64,000 bases of DNA from an uncultured Pseudohongiella sp. (GTDB lineage: Bacteria; Pseudomonadota; Gammaproteobacteria; Pseudomonadales; Pseudohongiellaceae). Shown here piece after piece: positions 1 through 9,064 of this stretch (position 1 is its first letter; every line of letters starts with the position of its first letter). Under the pieces are notes generated by a model. The model saw nothing but the letters and a program-made list of their open reading frames with translations, did not search any database and had not been told where the DNA came from. The DNA is taken from positions 260,669 through 324,668 of the forward strand of contig CAYFKD010000003.1 of the NCBI GenBank assembly GCA_964343795.1, given 5' to 3'. The position numbers were made by a program, and so were the translations under genes.

Positions 1-672
1 CAGAACCAGGCCGGCTCATCCAATGCGGCACCGGCCCGGGTTTTTATCCCATTTACTTCTTCCAAGACCCGTTTCGGTGAAACCCTGACCCGGCAGACCG
101 CCGGCGGCATGGAATCGGAGACCGTGGAACTGCACGAGGCCATCATCCAGATCGATGACCAGGAGATGGTGATCGAGGTGGGGGAGATCATCGAGCAGAT
201 GCTGGGCCGCCGCCACCGCGGCGAGGAAGACTATACCGTGGAAATACCCCTGGCCCTGCTCAGGCAGGCCGAGGCCAGCGCGTTGAGGGACCAGATTGTC
301 GCCGGCGCCATCGCCGGCATTTCCCTGCTGGTGGGTGGTATTGGCATCATGAACATCATGCTGGCCAGTGTTACCGAACGCACGCGGGAGATTGGCATTC
401 GCCGCGCCCTGGGCGCCAAGAAGCGGGACATCATTGCGCAGTTCCTGGTGGAAGCCGTGATTCTTTCCGGGGTAGGGGGGCTAATTGGCGTCGTTCTCGG
501 GATTATCATTCCGTTCATTATTTCCACGTTCTGGGGCATGACGACTATAGTTACGCCGTTGGCCCCGATACTGGCGTTTTCAATCTCGGCAATGATTGGG
601 GTGATATTCGGGATATATCCGTCGATGCGTGCTGCTGATATGGATCCAGTGGAAGCTTTGAGGCATGAATAA
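1..672 (+). CDS. ABC transporter permease, MacB/FtsX family (C-terminal part; 5' end lies outside the window)
   Basis: Frame 1 is open from base 1, with no stop before the listed Met at 109. The translation shows the FtsX-type C-terminal TM bundle (GGIGIMNIMLASVTERTREIGIRRALGAKKRDI). Confidence 0.85.
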   Translation, partial: QNQAGSSNAAPARVFIPFTSSKTRFGETLTRQTAGGMESETVELHEAIIQIDDQEMVIEVGEIIEQMLGRRHRGEEDYTVEIPLALLRQAEASALRDQIVAGAIAGISLLVGGIGIMNIMLASVTERTREIGIRRALGAKKRDIIAQFLVEAVILSGVGGLIGVVLGIIIPFIISTFWGMTTIVTPLAPILAFSISAMIGVIFGIYPSMRAADMDPVEALRHE

Positions 673-823
673 TCTGGCTACTAGGTAATCGTAAGAGAAA
701 GTATTGATGGCATCCATGCCGCGGCAACCGTCTTCTTACCAGGGCCCAGCCTCGCCATCCCTGGCGAGTCGTTCGCCCCTGAGCGAGCAGTGCTCGCTCT
801 GGCCAACGGCCACCGGGGCTCAC
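673..823 (-). repeat. Structured GGA-hairpin element, copy X (same family as 32285-32415 and 32435-32565)
   Basis: The reverse complement shares the block CGAACGACTCGCCAnGGATGGCGAGGCTGGG (1 mismatch) with copy U1, plus the GTGAG start and two NNCA-KGGA-TGNN hairpins (751-768 and 709-720). Confidence 0.8.
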
Positions 824-850
824 CCAGTAGAAGCCCTTAGGCACGAATAA
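824..850 (+). repeat. Displaced duplicate of the last 8 codons plus stop of the MacB-like gene
   Basis: CCAGTAGAAGCCCTTAGGCACGAATAA here versus CCAGTGGAAGCTTTGAGGCATGAATAA at 646-672. There are five differences, all synonymous; both copies read PVEALRHE-stop. Confidence 0.85.
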
Positions 851-906
851 AGACTGACCAATTCCATCGTCCGAGGTAATATTCATAAAAAATTCTCGGA
901 CAGGTC

Positions 907-2565
907 ATGCGACTCAAATTTTCTACTCTTTTATTTCTTTTAGCTGGGTGTGTCGGCACAGCAGCGGAACAGGAATCTGCACCCGGTCCAATTTGGGCTC
1001 CCTATGACCAGAGTGGTGATATTGCCACTCTCGCCCAACACGAAAATGAACGAATGCATTTCCAGGTGCTGCAATCCCGCTACCTGGATAAGAATGAGTT
1101 ATTCTCACCCTTCGTAGAGGACCTTGCCGCCTTTGGTGAGGATCGTTACCAGGCCTTAAAACCACTGGTACTTGACCAGCCCATTACCGCACTGCAGTCA
1201 GCGGTGACGTCCGGTGACCTCAGTTATGAAGAACTGACCACCTTCTACCTCTATCGCATCCGGGAAATCGAATTCGATAGCCAGCGCTACCTCAATGGGG
1301 TTATCTCCCTCAATCCTGATGCGATACGGCGGGCGCGGGAGCTGGATCGCCAGAGACAACAGGTCCAGGTCGATGCCGATTCCATTTTCGGCATGCCGGT
1401 GCTGCTGAAAGACAATGTGGGATTTGCCGGATTGCCGACTACCGCCGGCGCCGTGGCCCTGGCCAATAATGTCACTGCCAATGCCTTTATCGCCGACCGC
1501 CTGGAAGAAAACGGCGCGGTCATCCTGGGCAAGGCCAACATGAGCGAATGGGCTTACTTTTTCTGCGGCAATTGCCCGTCAGGCTGGACTGCCCTGGGAG
1601 GTCAAACTCTGAACCCCTATGGCCGTTTCCAGTTTGGCACCGGGGGTTCCAGTTCCGGCAGCGGCGCCACTATGGCGGCGAATTACGCGGCGGCCGCGGT
1701 TGGTTCGGAAACATCGGGGTCCATCCTGTCACCATCCAGCTCCAATTCCCTGGTAGGGCTCAAACCCACTACCGGTAGCCTGAGCCGCAGCGGTGTGGTT
1801 CCGATTTCCGCAACTCTCGATACCGCCGGACCCATGACCCGCAGCCTGCAGGACACGGTAATCATGTTCAACGCCATGGCCGGCTACGACGCCGCGGATA
1901 GCATGATGCGTGCAGAAGACGACGACAAGCGTCTGCAGTACCGGCAGGTTTCCCTGGACGGCAAGCGCCTCGGTGTCATGGAAAGGTATAGCGACAACGA
2001 ATATTACACCGGGGCGGCGGAACTGCTTGGCGCCAATGGTGCCGGCATGGTGCCCGTGACCCTGGAGCAGACTCAGTTCAATGGTTTTGGAGAGTTCCTC
2101 GGCATCGAGATGGTGAGAGACCTTGCCACCTACCTGGACCAGTACGGTTCGCAGTTTCTCTCAGTTAAATCAGTCCATGACGTTCAGGCTTTTAACCTGG
2201 TGAACTTTACCAGGCGAGCACCTTACGGTCAGGCGGAATTCGACATGATGGCAGGGCTGGACCTGACGCCAGCGCAACACGAAACTCTTCGTTACCGATT
2301 ACAAAACGCGGCCAGGGCCGAATTAAACAGGGTGTTCTCTGAAGGCGAGCTGGACGTATTGTTGTCCATTAACAATTTCAGTGCCGGCATCGCGGCCCTG
2401 GCAAACTACCCGGCCCTGACTATTCCCATGGGATATGAAGAAGACGGCAGGCCCATCGGACTGACCCTGATTGCGCCGTCCTGGGAAGAGCAGCGCCTGA
2501 TCGACATCGGCGCCCGGTTCGAGCGACTGAGCCAGGCGCGCATCAGCCCCAAGGGCTACCAGTAG
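907..2565 (+). CDS. Amidase-signature family amidase, lipoprotein-type signal peptide
   Basis: 552-aa ORF with N-terminal LLFLLAGC lipobox and the amidase signature GGSSSGSGA. Confidence 0.85.
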   Translation: MRLKFSTLLFLLAGCVGTAAEQESAPGPIWAPYDQSGDIATLAQHENERMHFQVLQSRYLDKNELFSPFVEDLAAFGEDRYQALKPLVLDQPITALQSAVTSGDLSYEELTTFYLYRIREIEFDSQRYLNGVISLNPDAIRRARELDRQRQQVQVDADSIFGMPVLLKDNVGFAGLPTTAGAVALANNVTANAFIADRLEENGAVILGKANMSEWAYFFCGNCPSGWTALGGQTLNPYGRFQFGTGGSSSGSGATMAANYAAAAVGSETSGSILSPSSSNSLVGLKPTTGSLSRSGVVPISATLDTAGPMTRSLQDTVIMFNAMAGYDAADSMMRAEDDDKRLQYRQVSLDGKRLGVMERYSDNEYYTGAAELLGANGAGMVPVTLEQTQFNGFGEFLGIEMVRDLATYLDQYGSQFLSVKSVHDVQAFNLVNFTRRAPYGQAEFDMMAGLDLTPAQHETLRYRLQNAARAELNRVFSEGELDVLLSINNFSAGIAALANYPALTIPMGYEEDGRPIGLTLIAPSWEEQRLIDIGARFERLSQARISPKGYQ

Positions 2566-3299
2566 TTTTCTATGGTGATATGACCGGGCGTCCTGCGCCG
2601 GTTCTTGCTGAAGCCCATGGGTTTTAATGCTTCGATGGTGTCCTTCACCATGTCCGGATTGCCGCACAGCATAAAGTGAGAGCGATCGGGGTCGAAGTCC
2701 AGTCCCACGGCCTGTGCCAGCGCCCCGTTCTCAATAGCGGCAGGGATGCGCCCGTGCAGCGTACCCGGGATCTCTTCGCGGCTGACAAATGCCTGGAATA
2801 AAAACTTGTCAGGGTGCTTTTCCTCAAACGATTCAATTGTTTCCTGGTAACGCAGGTCAGCCTCGGTTCTTACCGCGTGGACCAGCACGATTTTTTCAAA
2901 GCGTTGCCACGGCTCATCGGTACCCAGTATGGACAGAAATGGCGCCAGGCCGGTTCCCGTTCCCAGCATCCACATCTCGCTGCACTGAGGAACTTCATTC
3001 AATACGAAGAAGCCATTAGCGCCCTTGCGCAGGAACAGCTTGTCACCTGCTTCCAGTTTGACCAGGGCATTGGAAAGCACGCCATCGGTGGCAGTATAGA
3101 AAAAGAACTCGAGCGGATTTTGACCCGGTGAGCTTAGATAGGAGTAGGGGCGCGCGACTCTTTCATCATTAATATCAAGCGCCAGGCTTGTGAACTGGCC
3201 GGCAGTGAAGTTATCCACGTCGGCATCGATCCGCAAAGAGAAAAGATTCTCGGTCCAGTGCAGGTTTTCAACAACTGTGCCCTCAATCCATGGTGCCAT
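2556..3299 (-). CDS. fpr: Ferredoxin-NADP(+) reductase
   Basis: 247 aa. It is collinear with E. coli Fpr as I recall it (RPYSY, MLGTGTGLAPFLSIL, HGRIP, MLCGNPDMV, C-terminal ENYW). Confidence 0.93.
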   Translation of the reverse strand: MAPWIEGTVVENLHWTENLFSLRIDADVDNFTAGQFTSLALDINDERVARPYSYLSSPGQNPLEFFFYTATDGVLSNALVKLEAGDKLFLRKGANGFFVLNEVPQCSEMWMLGTGTGLAPFLSILGTDEPWQRFEKIVLVHAVRTEADLRYQETIESFEEKHPDKFLFQAFVSREEIPGTLHGRIPAAIENGALAQAVGLDFDPDRSHFMLCGNPDMVKDTIEALKPMGFSKNRRRTPGHITIENYW

Positions 3300-3426
3300 G
3301 TGCGTGCTTCAGGATCCTCTGTCAAAACTGGAACTATGGTATGAATTTCTATAGTCTGCAAGCAAGCCCGTGAACAACAGCTTCATGGCCGGACACAATA
3401 TTAATAAGGCGGAGTGTTAGGAAGTT

Positions 3427-4683
3427 ATGGGATACGGCTTGAGTACCTGGTTTGAGATCGCATTGTGGAAGCGAATTCTCGCCGCTATGGTAGTAGGGGT
3501 GATCGTGGGTGCGATCTGGGGCCCGGGCGCGGAAACCATAGGCTGGATGGGTGACCTGTTCATTCGCCTGATTCGCATGATCGTCGTGCCCCTGGTGTTC
3601 GTCACTATCGTTGCCGGCATGGTATCCATGGGCGATCCGTCCAAGCTGGGTTCCCTCGGCGCCAAGACTATTTTCCTCTACATGTTGACCACCCTGGTGG
3701 CCATTACCATCGGCCTGGTGCTCGCCGCTTTATTGCAGCCCGGTGACGGCGTCGTGCTCACCAGCGATCCCGTGGCAATGGCCCAGGAACCCATGCCCTT
3801 GTCGGAACGGCTTATCGGCATCGTGCCGGAAAATCCATTCGCCGCACTGGCCGAAGGAGATATTCTGGCAACGATTTTCTTCGCGCTGCTGATTGGCGTC
3901 AGCCTGTTAACCATTGGCGAACAGGCCAGGCCGGTATCTGATTTCATGGAGGCATCCAGTGAAGTGGTGCTGCGTATTACCCACTGGATCATGGAGTTCG
4001 CGCCATTCGGGGTATTGGCGCTAATCGCGCGGGTTACCGGTCAGCAGGGTTTCCAGGTGTTGCTCGATGCTATCGGGCTGGTAATCGTTGTGTTGACCGC
4101 CTGTATCGGCCACGTCATCCTCATGCACGGCGTGGTTATCATGCGTTTCATGCTGAAACTTTCCCCGGTGATGTTCTTCCGCGGCGCCCGCGACGCCATG
4201 CTGGTGGCATTTTCTACTTCTTCCAGTGCCGCGACCCTGCCGGTATCCATGTCCGTGGCGGAAGAAAACCTGGGGGTAAAACCTATCGTGGCTTCTACGG
4301 TGTTACCCATTGGCGCCACGATTAATATGGATGGCACCGCCCTGTATGTTGGCATTGTGTCCGTATTTGCCGCCCAGGTGTTCGGTATCGAGCTGACACT
4401 CGCGGACTATTTCATCATGGCCGGCACCACCACCCTTGTGTCCATCGGTACCGCCGCCGTACCCAGTGCATCCCTGTTCCTGATGTCGGCGGTAATGGAC
4501 ACCATCGGCATGTCACCGGACCAGGTTGCCATTACGGTAGGATTTATTTTTGTCATCGACCGGCCCCTGGACATGCTGCGCACCGTGGTCAATATCACCG
4601 GCGACTTGTCTGTTGCCACTGCGGTGGCCAATTGGGAAGACGAGTTTGAAAAACGCGTCTTCGACATGCCTCTGAAGTACTGA
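3427..4683 (+). CDS. Dicarboxylate/amino acid:cation symporter (DAACS family)
   Basis: 418-aa polytopic membrane protein with the family-typical motifs SSSAATLP and NMDGTALY. Confidence 0.85.
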   Translation: MGYGLSTWFEIALWKRILAAMVVGVIVGAIWGPGAETIGWMGDLFIRLIRMIVVPLVFVTIVAGMVSMGDPSKLGSLGAKTIFLYMLTTLVAITIGLVLAALLQPGDGVVLTSDPVAMAQEPMPLSERLIGIVPENPFAALAEGDILATIFFALLIGVSLLTIGEQARPVSDFMEASSEVVLRITHWIMEFAPFGVLALIARVTGQQGFQVLLDAIGLVIVVLTACIGHVILMHGVVIMRFMLKLSPVMFFRGARDAMLVAFSTSSSAATLPVSMSVAEENLGVKPIVASTVLPIGATINMDGTALYVGIVSVFAAQVFGIELTLADYFIMAGTTTLVSIGTAAVPSASLFLMSAVMDTIGMSPDQVAITVGFIFVIDRPLDMLRTVVNITGDLSVATAVANWEDEFEKRVFDMPLKY

Positions 4684-4684
4684 G

Positions 4685-6019
4685 ATGAGAATTCTCTTAG
4701 TAGCACTTTCGCTCGTAATATTCTGCGGGCCCGTTGCTGGCCAGGAGCTGGCCCGGCGGGCATTCCTCGGCGTCATGGTTGCGCCCCTTGATGAAAGCCA
4801 GCAGGCACTCACCGATCATGGCCTCACTATCCAGCGAGTGTTCGACAATTCCACTGCGAGCCGCTTCGGTTTCCAGGAAGGGGAAGTAATCCTCTCGGTT
4901 AACGATGTCGAATTGCGTGGGGTGGGCGAATTGCCCCGGGCGCTGCGGGACTTTCGCAGCGGCGACACCGTTGAGTTCGAAATCCTGGGAGCAGACGGTG
5001 TCAGCAATCGAGAAGTTACCCTGCAACAATTCCCACCGGAACAGTATGAAGCTGCGGAAATAGTCTATGACGCGGTGCAAACCGTGAACGGTTTGCAGCG
5101 CAGCATACTGACAGTTCCGGAGAATGTGCCAACTCCACCAGTGGTGTACATCCTGCAGGGCTTTGACTGTTCTTCCATCGATGTCGCCCTTTCTCCTCCC
5201 AATTCCACGGCCTTATTAATCGAACGCTTAAACAGCATCGGCATGGCCACTTACCGCCTGGAAAAAAGCGGCCGCGGTGACAGTATGGGCCGGCGCTGTG
5301 AAGAGATCGGATTCGAAGATGAATCCAGTGGCTTCATGGCAGGCCTGGATGCATTGAAGAACAACACATCGATTGACCCCGACCGTGTTTTCTTGCTGGG
5401 CATCAGTCTCGGCGGCATCTGGGCACCCATGCTCGCCGCCGAGTCCGAAGTTGCCGGAATCGTGTCATTCGGAACTATCGCCAAGACCTGGCCGGAATAC
5501 ATGTACGACAACTGGCGCCGGCAGTGGGAACTGGCAGGGCGTAGCTATACCGACATGGATAGCGACCTGAAGCTGGCCAGCCAGTTCTGGCATCTGTTGA
5601 TCTCGGAAGACAACAGCCCGGCACAAATCTTTTCACAACAACCACAGCTAAATGAAATTGCAGATTCCGTGGCGTGGGTGGAGCAGTACAACTCCCTGTT
5701 TGGCCGCCATTACAGTTTTGTCGCGGAACTGGCACGCATCAACATCATGGCCCTGTGGCAACAGGTGGAAGCGCCAACCCTGGTGTTATGGGGTCGCGGT
5801 GATTACATCGCCGGGGAAGAAGAGCAACAACTTATTCATCGCGCACTGCAACAGCGCAACGTGGATGCGTCCATTGAATACGTGGATTCCGATCACTACT
5901 GGCGCGAGTCCGAGGATTTCTACACCAGCTACATCAACCTGCGGGAAGGAACACCCACTCCCTTCCAGGAGCAGGTGTTTGCAAAAATACTCGATTGGTT
6001 GGAGCCCAGGGTTTCCTAG
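4685..6019 (+). CDS. Secreted PDZ-domain / alpha-beta hydrolase fusion protein
   Basis: Signal peptide, then a PDZ-like segment (GEVILSVNDVEL), a GxSxG nucleophile elbow (GISLGG) and a late His. Confidence 0.6.
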   Translation: MRILLVALSLVIFCGPVAGQELARRAFLGVMVAPLDESQQALTDHGLTIQRVFDNSTASRFGFQEGEVILSVNDVELRGVGELPRALRDFRSGDTVEFEILGADGVSNREVTLQQFPPEQYEAAEIVYDAVQTVNGLQRSILTVPENVPTPPVVYILQGFDCSSIDVALSPPNSTALLIERLNSIGMATYRLEKSGRGDSMGRRCEEIGFEDESSGFMAGLDALKNNTSIDPDRVFLLGISLGGIWAPMLAAESEVAGIVSFGTIAKTWPEYMYDNWRRQWELAGRSYTDMDSDLKLASQFWHLLISEDNSPAQIFSQQPQLNEIADSVAWVEQYNSLFGRHYSFVAELARINIMALWQQVEAPTLVLWGRGDYIAGEEEQQLIHRALQQRNVDASIEYVDSDHYWRESEDFYTSYINLREGTPTPFQEQVFAKILDWLEPRVS

Positions 6020-6588
6020 TAAGGATATCCCGGAAGTCTCGGAGTCTTGGCCGGCCACTCCGGCAGCGGCGCCCAATTATCCCTGTTAGGCATTTCTATA
6101 TTCGGCAGGTTGTCCTGGTTTAACACGAACTGGTCATCGTCGATGATGTCGTTCATGAAGAACAGGAATGCCGTTAAGGCATATACCTCGTCAGGTGTCA
6201 GGGTGCCTTCCGCGCCCAGGGGCATGCCACGGTTGATGTAATCCCACACCGTGGGTGCGTAGGGAGAACGAATGGGCAGGATACGGCCCCATTGCCAGGG
6301 GTCGTCCGGCGTCGGCATGTCCCTTTTTACTAGCCGTGGTGCCAGTACCCCCTGGCCGTCGGCGCCGTGGCAACCAGCACAGCCCTTGGACAGGAATAAT
6401 TCCGATCCCTGGTCGGCGGTACCGCTGCCGGCGGGTAATTCGTCTCCTGTAATTGGGTTAATTGCGATATCCCAGGCATCGACCTCGGCCTGGGTGGGCG
6501 CGCGGCCCACACCATAGGTGGGGGACTGGGCTTCAACCGCGAAGCCCAGTAAAAGAAAAAGTGGCAGCGCAATCTTAAGCAATCGCAT
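6016..6588 (-). CDS. sorB: Cytochrome c subunit of sulfite dehydrogenase (SorB-like)
   Basis: I take the start at the internal Met (MRLLKIALPLFLLLG signal peptide). There is a single CAGCH heme motif. The gene lies directly downstream of, and overlaps, the molybdoenzyme gene. Confidence 0.75.
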   Translation of the reverse strand: MRLLKIALPLFLLLGFAVEAQSPTYGVGRAPTQAEVDAWDIAINPITGDELPAGSGTADQGSELFLSKGCAGCHGADGQGVLAPRLVKRDMPTPDDPWQWGRILPIRSPYAPTVWDYINRGMPLGAEGTLTPDEVYALTAFLFFMNDIIDDDQFVLNQDNLPNIEMPNRDNWAPLPEWPAKTPRLPGYPY

Positions 6589-7819
6589 TGTGCACACTTC
6601 CGTCGGCATCGATGCGCCAGGGCTGAATTGAATTGTCCTGGCCCTTGACCCGGCCTCGCTCGCCACGGTCTTCCCAATACTGCATGGCTTGCTGCCGTGA
6701 CGGCTGCACTGACCCCAGTTCGTCGATGCAGCGGGATTGCAGTTCGCAGGGCGAGCCGTCCCAGGTCCAGTTAAAGCTGAACGCGGTATGGGCATGGGGG
6801 TGGGCTTCGCCACGAATGTCGGCGTCGAACCAGGTCTCGCCGCCATCGGTGGTCACTTCCACTCGCTCAACACGGCCGCCGCCGGACCAGGCCAGGCCAC
6901 GCACTTCGTAGAAACCGGGGCCGGGCAATTGCTGGCCGCCGGAGGGATAGGTAATCACTGACTTCGGTCCGATCTGCAGGCTCAGGGCGGCATCGTTCGC
7001 ATCCTGGCGCAGGTGTCCATAGTCGTTGTAGGTCATGTAGAACTGGTCCACCACCTTGATGCGGCGCAGCCACTTCACGTTGAGTATGCCTTCACCGCCG
7101 GGAACGATCAGGCGCAGGGGAAAGCCCTGTTGCGGCCGTACCGGTTCGCCGTTCATGCCATAACACACGAGACAATCCGCCATGGCCTTGCTCATGGGAA
7201 TACTGGAGGCGCCTTTCACTTCTTCCACGCCTTCCGCCACGATCCAGGTACCGCCATCCTGCACGCCAGCTTCTTCCAGCAAGGTGGAAAGCAGTACCCC
7301 GGTCCATTCGGCGCAGCTGGTCATACCATGGGTTTCCTGCACCGTGACATGCCGGCTGTTGGCGCGGTTACCGGCACACTCAATAAAATGCAGGCGGGTT
7401 ACGGAAGGCAATCTTTTCAGGTCGTCCATGGTGAACACCAGGGGGTTGTCCACCATGCCGTGAATCATCAGTCGATGTTTTTCCGGGTCGATGTCCGGAA
7501 CGAAAGAACCGCGAGTCGTGCCTACGTAGTGCAGGGAAGAGGGGGTAATAAGACCAACCTGGTCCTGCAGCGGCGTGGCGATGTGGAAGTCCAGCCCAAA
7601 CGCGTCAGGGGAGGGACGCCCACCGTGGGGAATGCGCTTGGAGTTTACGAAGCGGGAACGCTTGCCGTAGGCGACCAGTTCATCGGTACCACGAATCTGG
7701 GCCTCGGGCCCGGGTATTTGTCCCGATGCGGATCGCGCCGTGGCTCCCAGGGCGGCGGCCCCGGCCAGTGCGGCTCCCTGCTTGAGGAATTCCCTTCGAT
7801 CAGTCTTCTTGGAACCCAT
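6575..7819 (-). CDS. sorA: Sulfite dehydrogenase molybdopterin subunit (SorA-like, Tat-exported)
   Basis: Twin-arginine signal (DRREFLK) and sulfite-oxidase family architecture. I take the start at MGSKK (7819), preceded by GGAGAG. Confidence 0.8.
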   Translation of the reverse strand: MGSKKTDRREFLKQGAALAGAAALGATARSASGQIPGPEAQIRGTDELVAYGKRSRFVNSKRIPHGGRPSPDAFGLDFHIATPLQDQVGLITPSSLHYVGTTRGSFVPDIDPEKHRLMIHGMVDNPLVFTMDDLKRLPSVTRLHFIECAGNRANSRHVTVQETHGMTSCAEWTGVLLSTLLEEAGVQDGGTWIVAEGVEEVKGASSIPMSKAMADCLVCYGMNGEPVRPQQGFPLRLIVPGGEGILNVKWLRRIKVVDQFYMTYNDYGHLRQDANDAALSLQIGPKSVITYPSGGQQLPGPGFYEVRGLAWSGGGRVERVEVTTDGGETWFDADIRGEAHPHAHTAFSFNWTWDGSPCELQSRCIDELGSVQPSRQQAMQYWEDRGERGRVKGQDNSIQPWRIDADGSVHNAIA

Positions 7820-8021
7820 GGTTCTCTCCTTCTTACTGAGGTCAACCGAAAGTACTGCCATTTCAAGGGAGTATACGACGGGGAATCGGAAACAAAAAGC
7901 ACCCCGGCGGGCGTGGGAATCGCTTCACCGTAGAGGTCTGAGCTTCACTGCGCCTGGGTTTCGCCCGGTGCCGGATCCGTGCTGCGGAAGTCCGATCCGG
8001 TCCGGGTTAGCGGCGCATTGC

Positions 8022-8459
8022 TTACTGTTTCACCAGTCGTGCACAGTATGAAGTAATCGTGCCGACTTCCTGGTCCAGGTTGGTGAGACAGTATTCAAAC
8101 TCGGACTCACTCTGAAACCACAAATGTCCACGGCTGCCGCCTTCCGTAATGAATAAGGCTTCATCACCCGTGGACCTGATCGATCCCCATACATGCTGAC
8201 CAGGATTATCTGCTGGCGTGGTCGCCGTACGGGAACGGCCGACGAATGTTTCGCCATCCTGCGCGTCGATGGTTAATTGAAGTTCAATTTCACTGATGAT
8301 GACGCCGCCCCGGTCAAGACGATCACTGTTTATATTACCAGAACTCACAACACGTACATTGCCCTTCCAGACACCTACCATGTCCGGATAAGTTTGCGCA
8401 TTCACTGCAATTGAAGAAATTAGAATGAGCGAGCAAGTAAAAAACGAAGAGATCTTCAT
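8022..8459 (-). CDS. Hypothetical secreted protein
   Basis: 145-aa ORF with an N-terminal signal peptide. I do not recognise a family. Confidence 0.6.
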   Translation of the reverse strand: MKISSFFTCSLILISSIAVNAQTYPDMVGVWKGNVRVVSSGNINSDRLDRGGVIISEIELQLTIDAQDGETFVGRSRTATTPADNPGQHVWGSIRSTGDEALFITEGGSRGHLWFQSESEFEYCLTNLDQEVGTITSYCARLVKQ

Positions 8460-8620
8460 ATGCCCCTCCAGTCAATTCTTGATCACTCGCCCAAGCTATC
8501 ACTTAATCCCATATATAGGTAGATAAATCGGCGGCATCTTTTTGACGGCCTCACGAATTTCCTTGGCGAACAAATTACCCGGGAGTACACTCGAGAATTT
8601 ATACCCGGGAAAAACCGGCA

Positions 8621-9064
8621 TTGAAGTCGATACTACGCAGTACTGCTGCGGTCATTCTCAGCCTTGTCGTTGCGCTGGCGCTGGTCGTCGCGATCGAGGT
8701 CATTTCCGCAGTGATGCATCCCTTTCCGGAGGATTTTGGCGGAACCCGCGAAGAAGTGGCCGCACACGTGGCCAACTACCCGGCAGGGGTGCTGGCGCTC
8801 CTCGGTGGAGCGGGGTATGCATTGACCATGGGAGTTTCGGTGTGGCTGGCGACGCGCCTGGGCAGCAGCCGTCATCCGGCCCACGGCTATGGTGTGGGGG
8901 CGTTGTTACTGGCGGCGTTAATCTTCAATATGTCCATGCTGCCTTATCCGCTGTGGTTCGTGGTTCTCGATCTTATCCTGTTGCCGGCCTGCATTTACCT
9001 TGGTGTAAAACTGGGGCGTGGCGAGGTGGGAAATGGCGCAAAGCCAGTAGCTCAGAACGAATAA
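8621..9064 (+). CDS. Hypothetical membrane protein (4 TM)
   Basis: 147-aa hydrophobic ORF. I do not recognise a family. Confidence 0.55.
   Translation: MKSILRSTAAVILSLVVALALVVAIEVISAVMHPFPEDFGGTREEVAAHVANYPAGVLALLGGAGYALTMGVSVWLATRLGSSRHPAHGYGVGALLLAALIFNMSMLPYPLWFVVLDLILLPACIYLGVKLGRGEVGNGAKPVAQNE

Noticed and set aside
6589-6846. The cytochrome c ORF (6016-6846) could have a long N-terminal extension.
   Set aside because: The extension overlaps the 3' end of sorA in another frame and is Pro/Ala/Gly-rich nonsense. A proper signal peptide begins at the internal Met at 6588.
7013-7933. Large antisense ORFs could be real genes: 7013-7933(+), 8542-9417(+), 21159-21758(+), 30651-31511(+), 40040-41032(+), 41202-41939(-), 48003-48986(+), 51075-51977(+), 52717-53331(-), 55582-56211(+) and 57909-58502(-).
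   Set aside because: Each lies entirely opposite a gene with a clear family signature. Their composition is Gly/Arg/His/Pro-biased, which is typical of antisense frames in GC-rich DNA. None has a recognisable motif.
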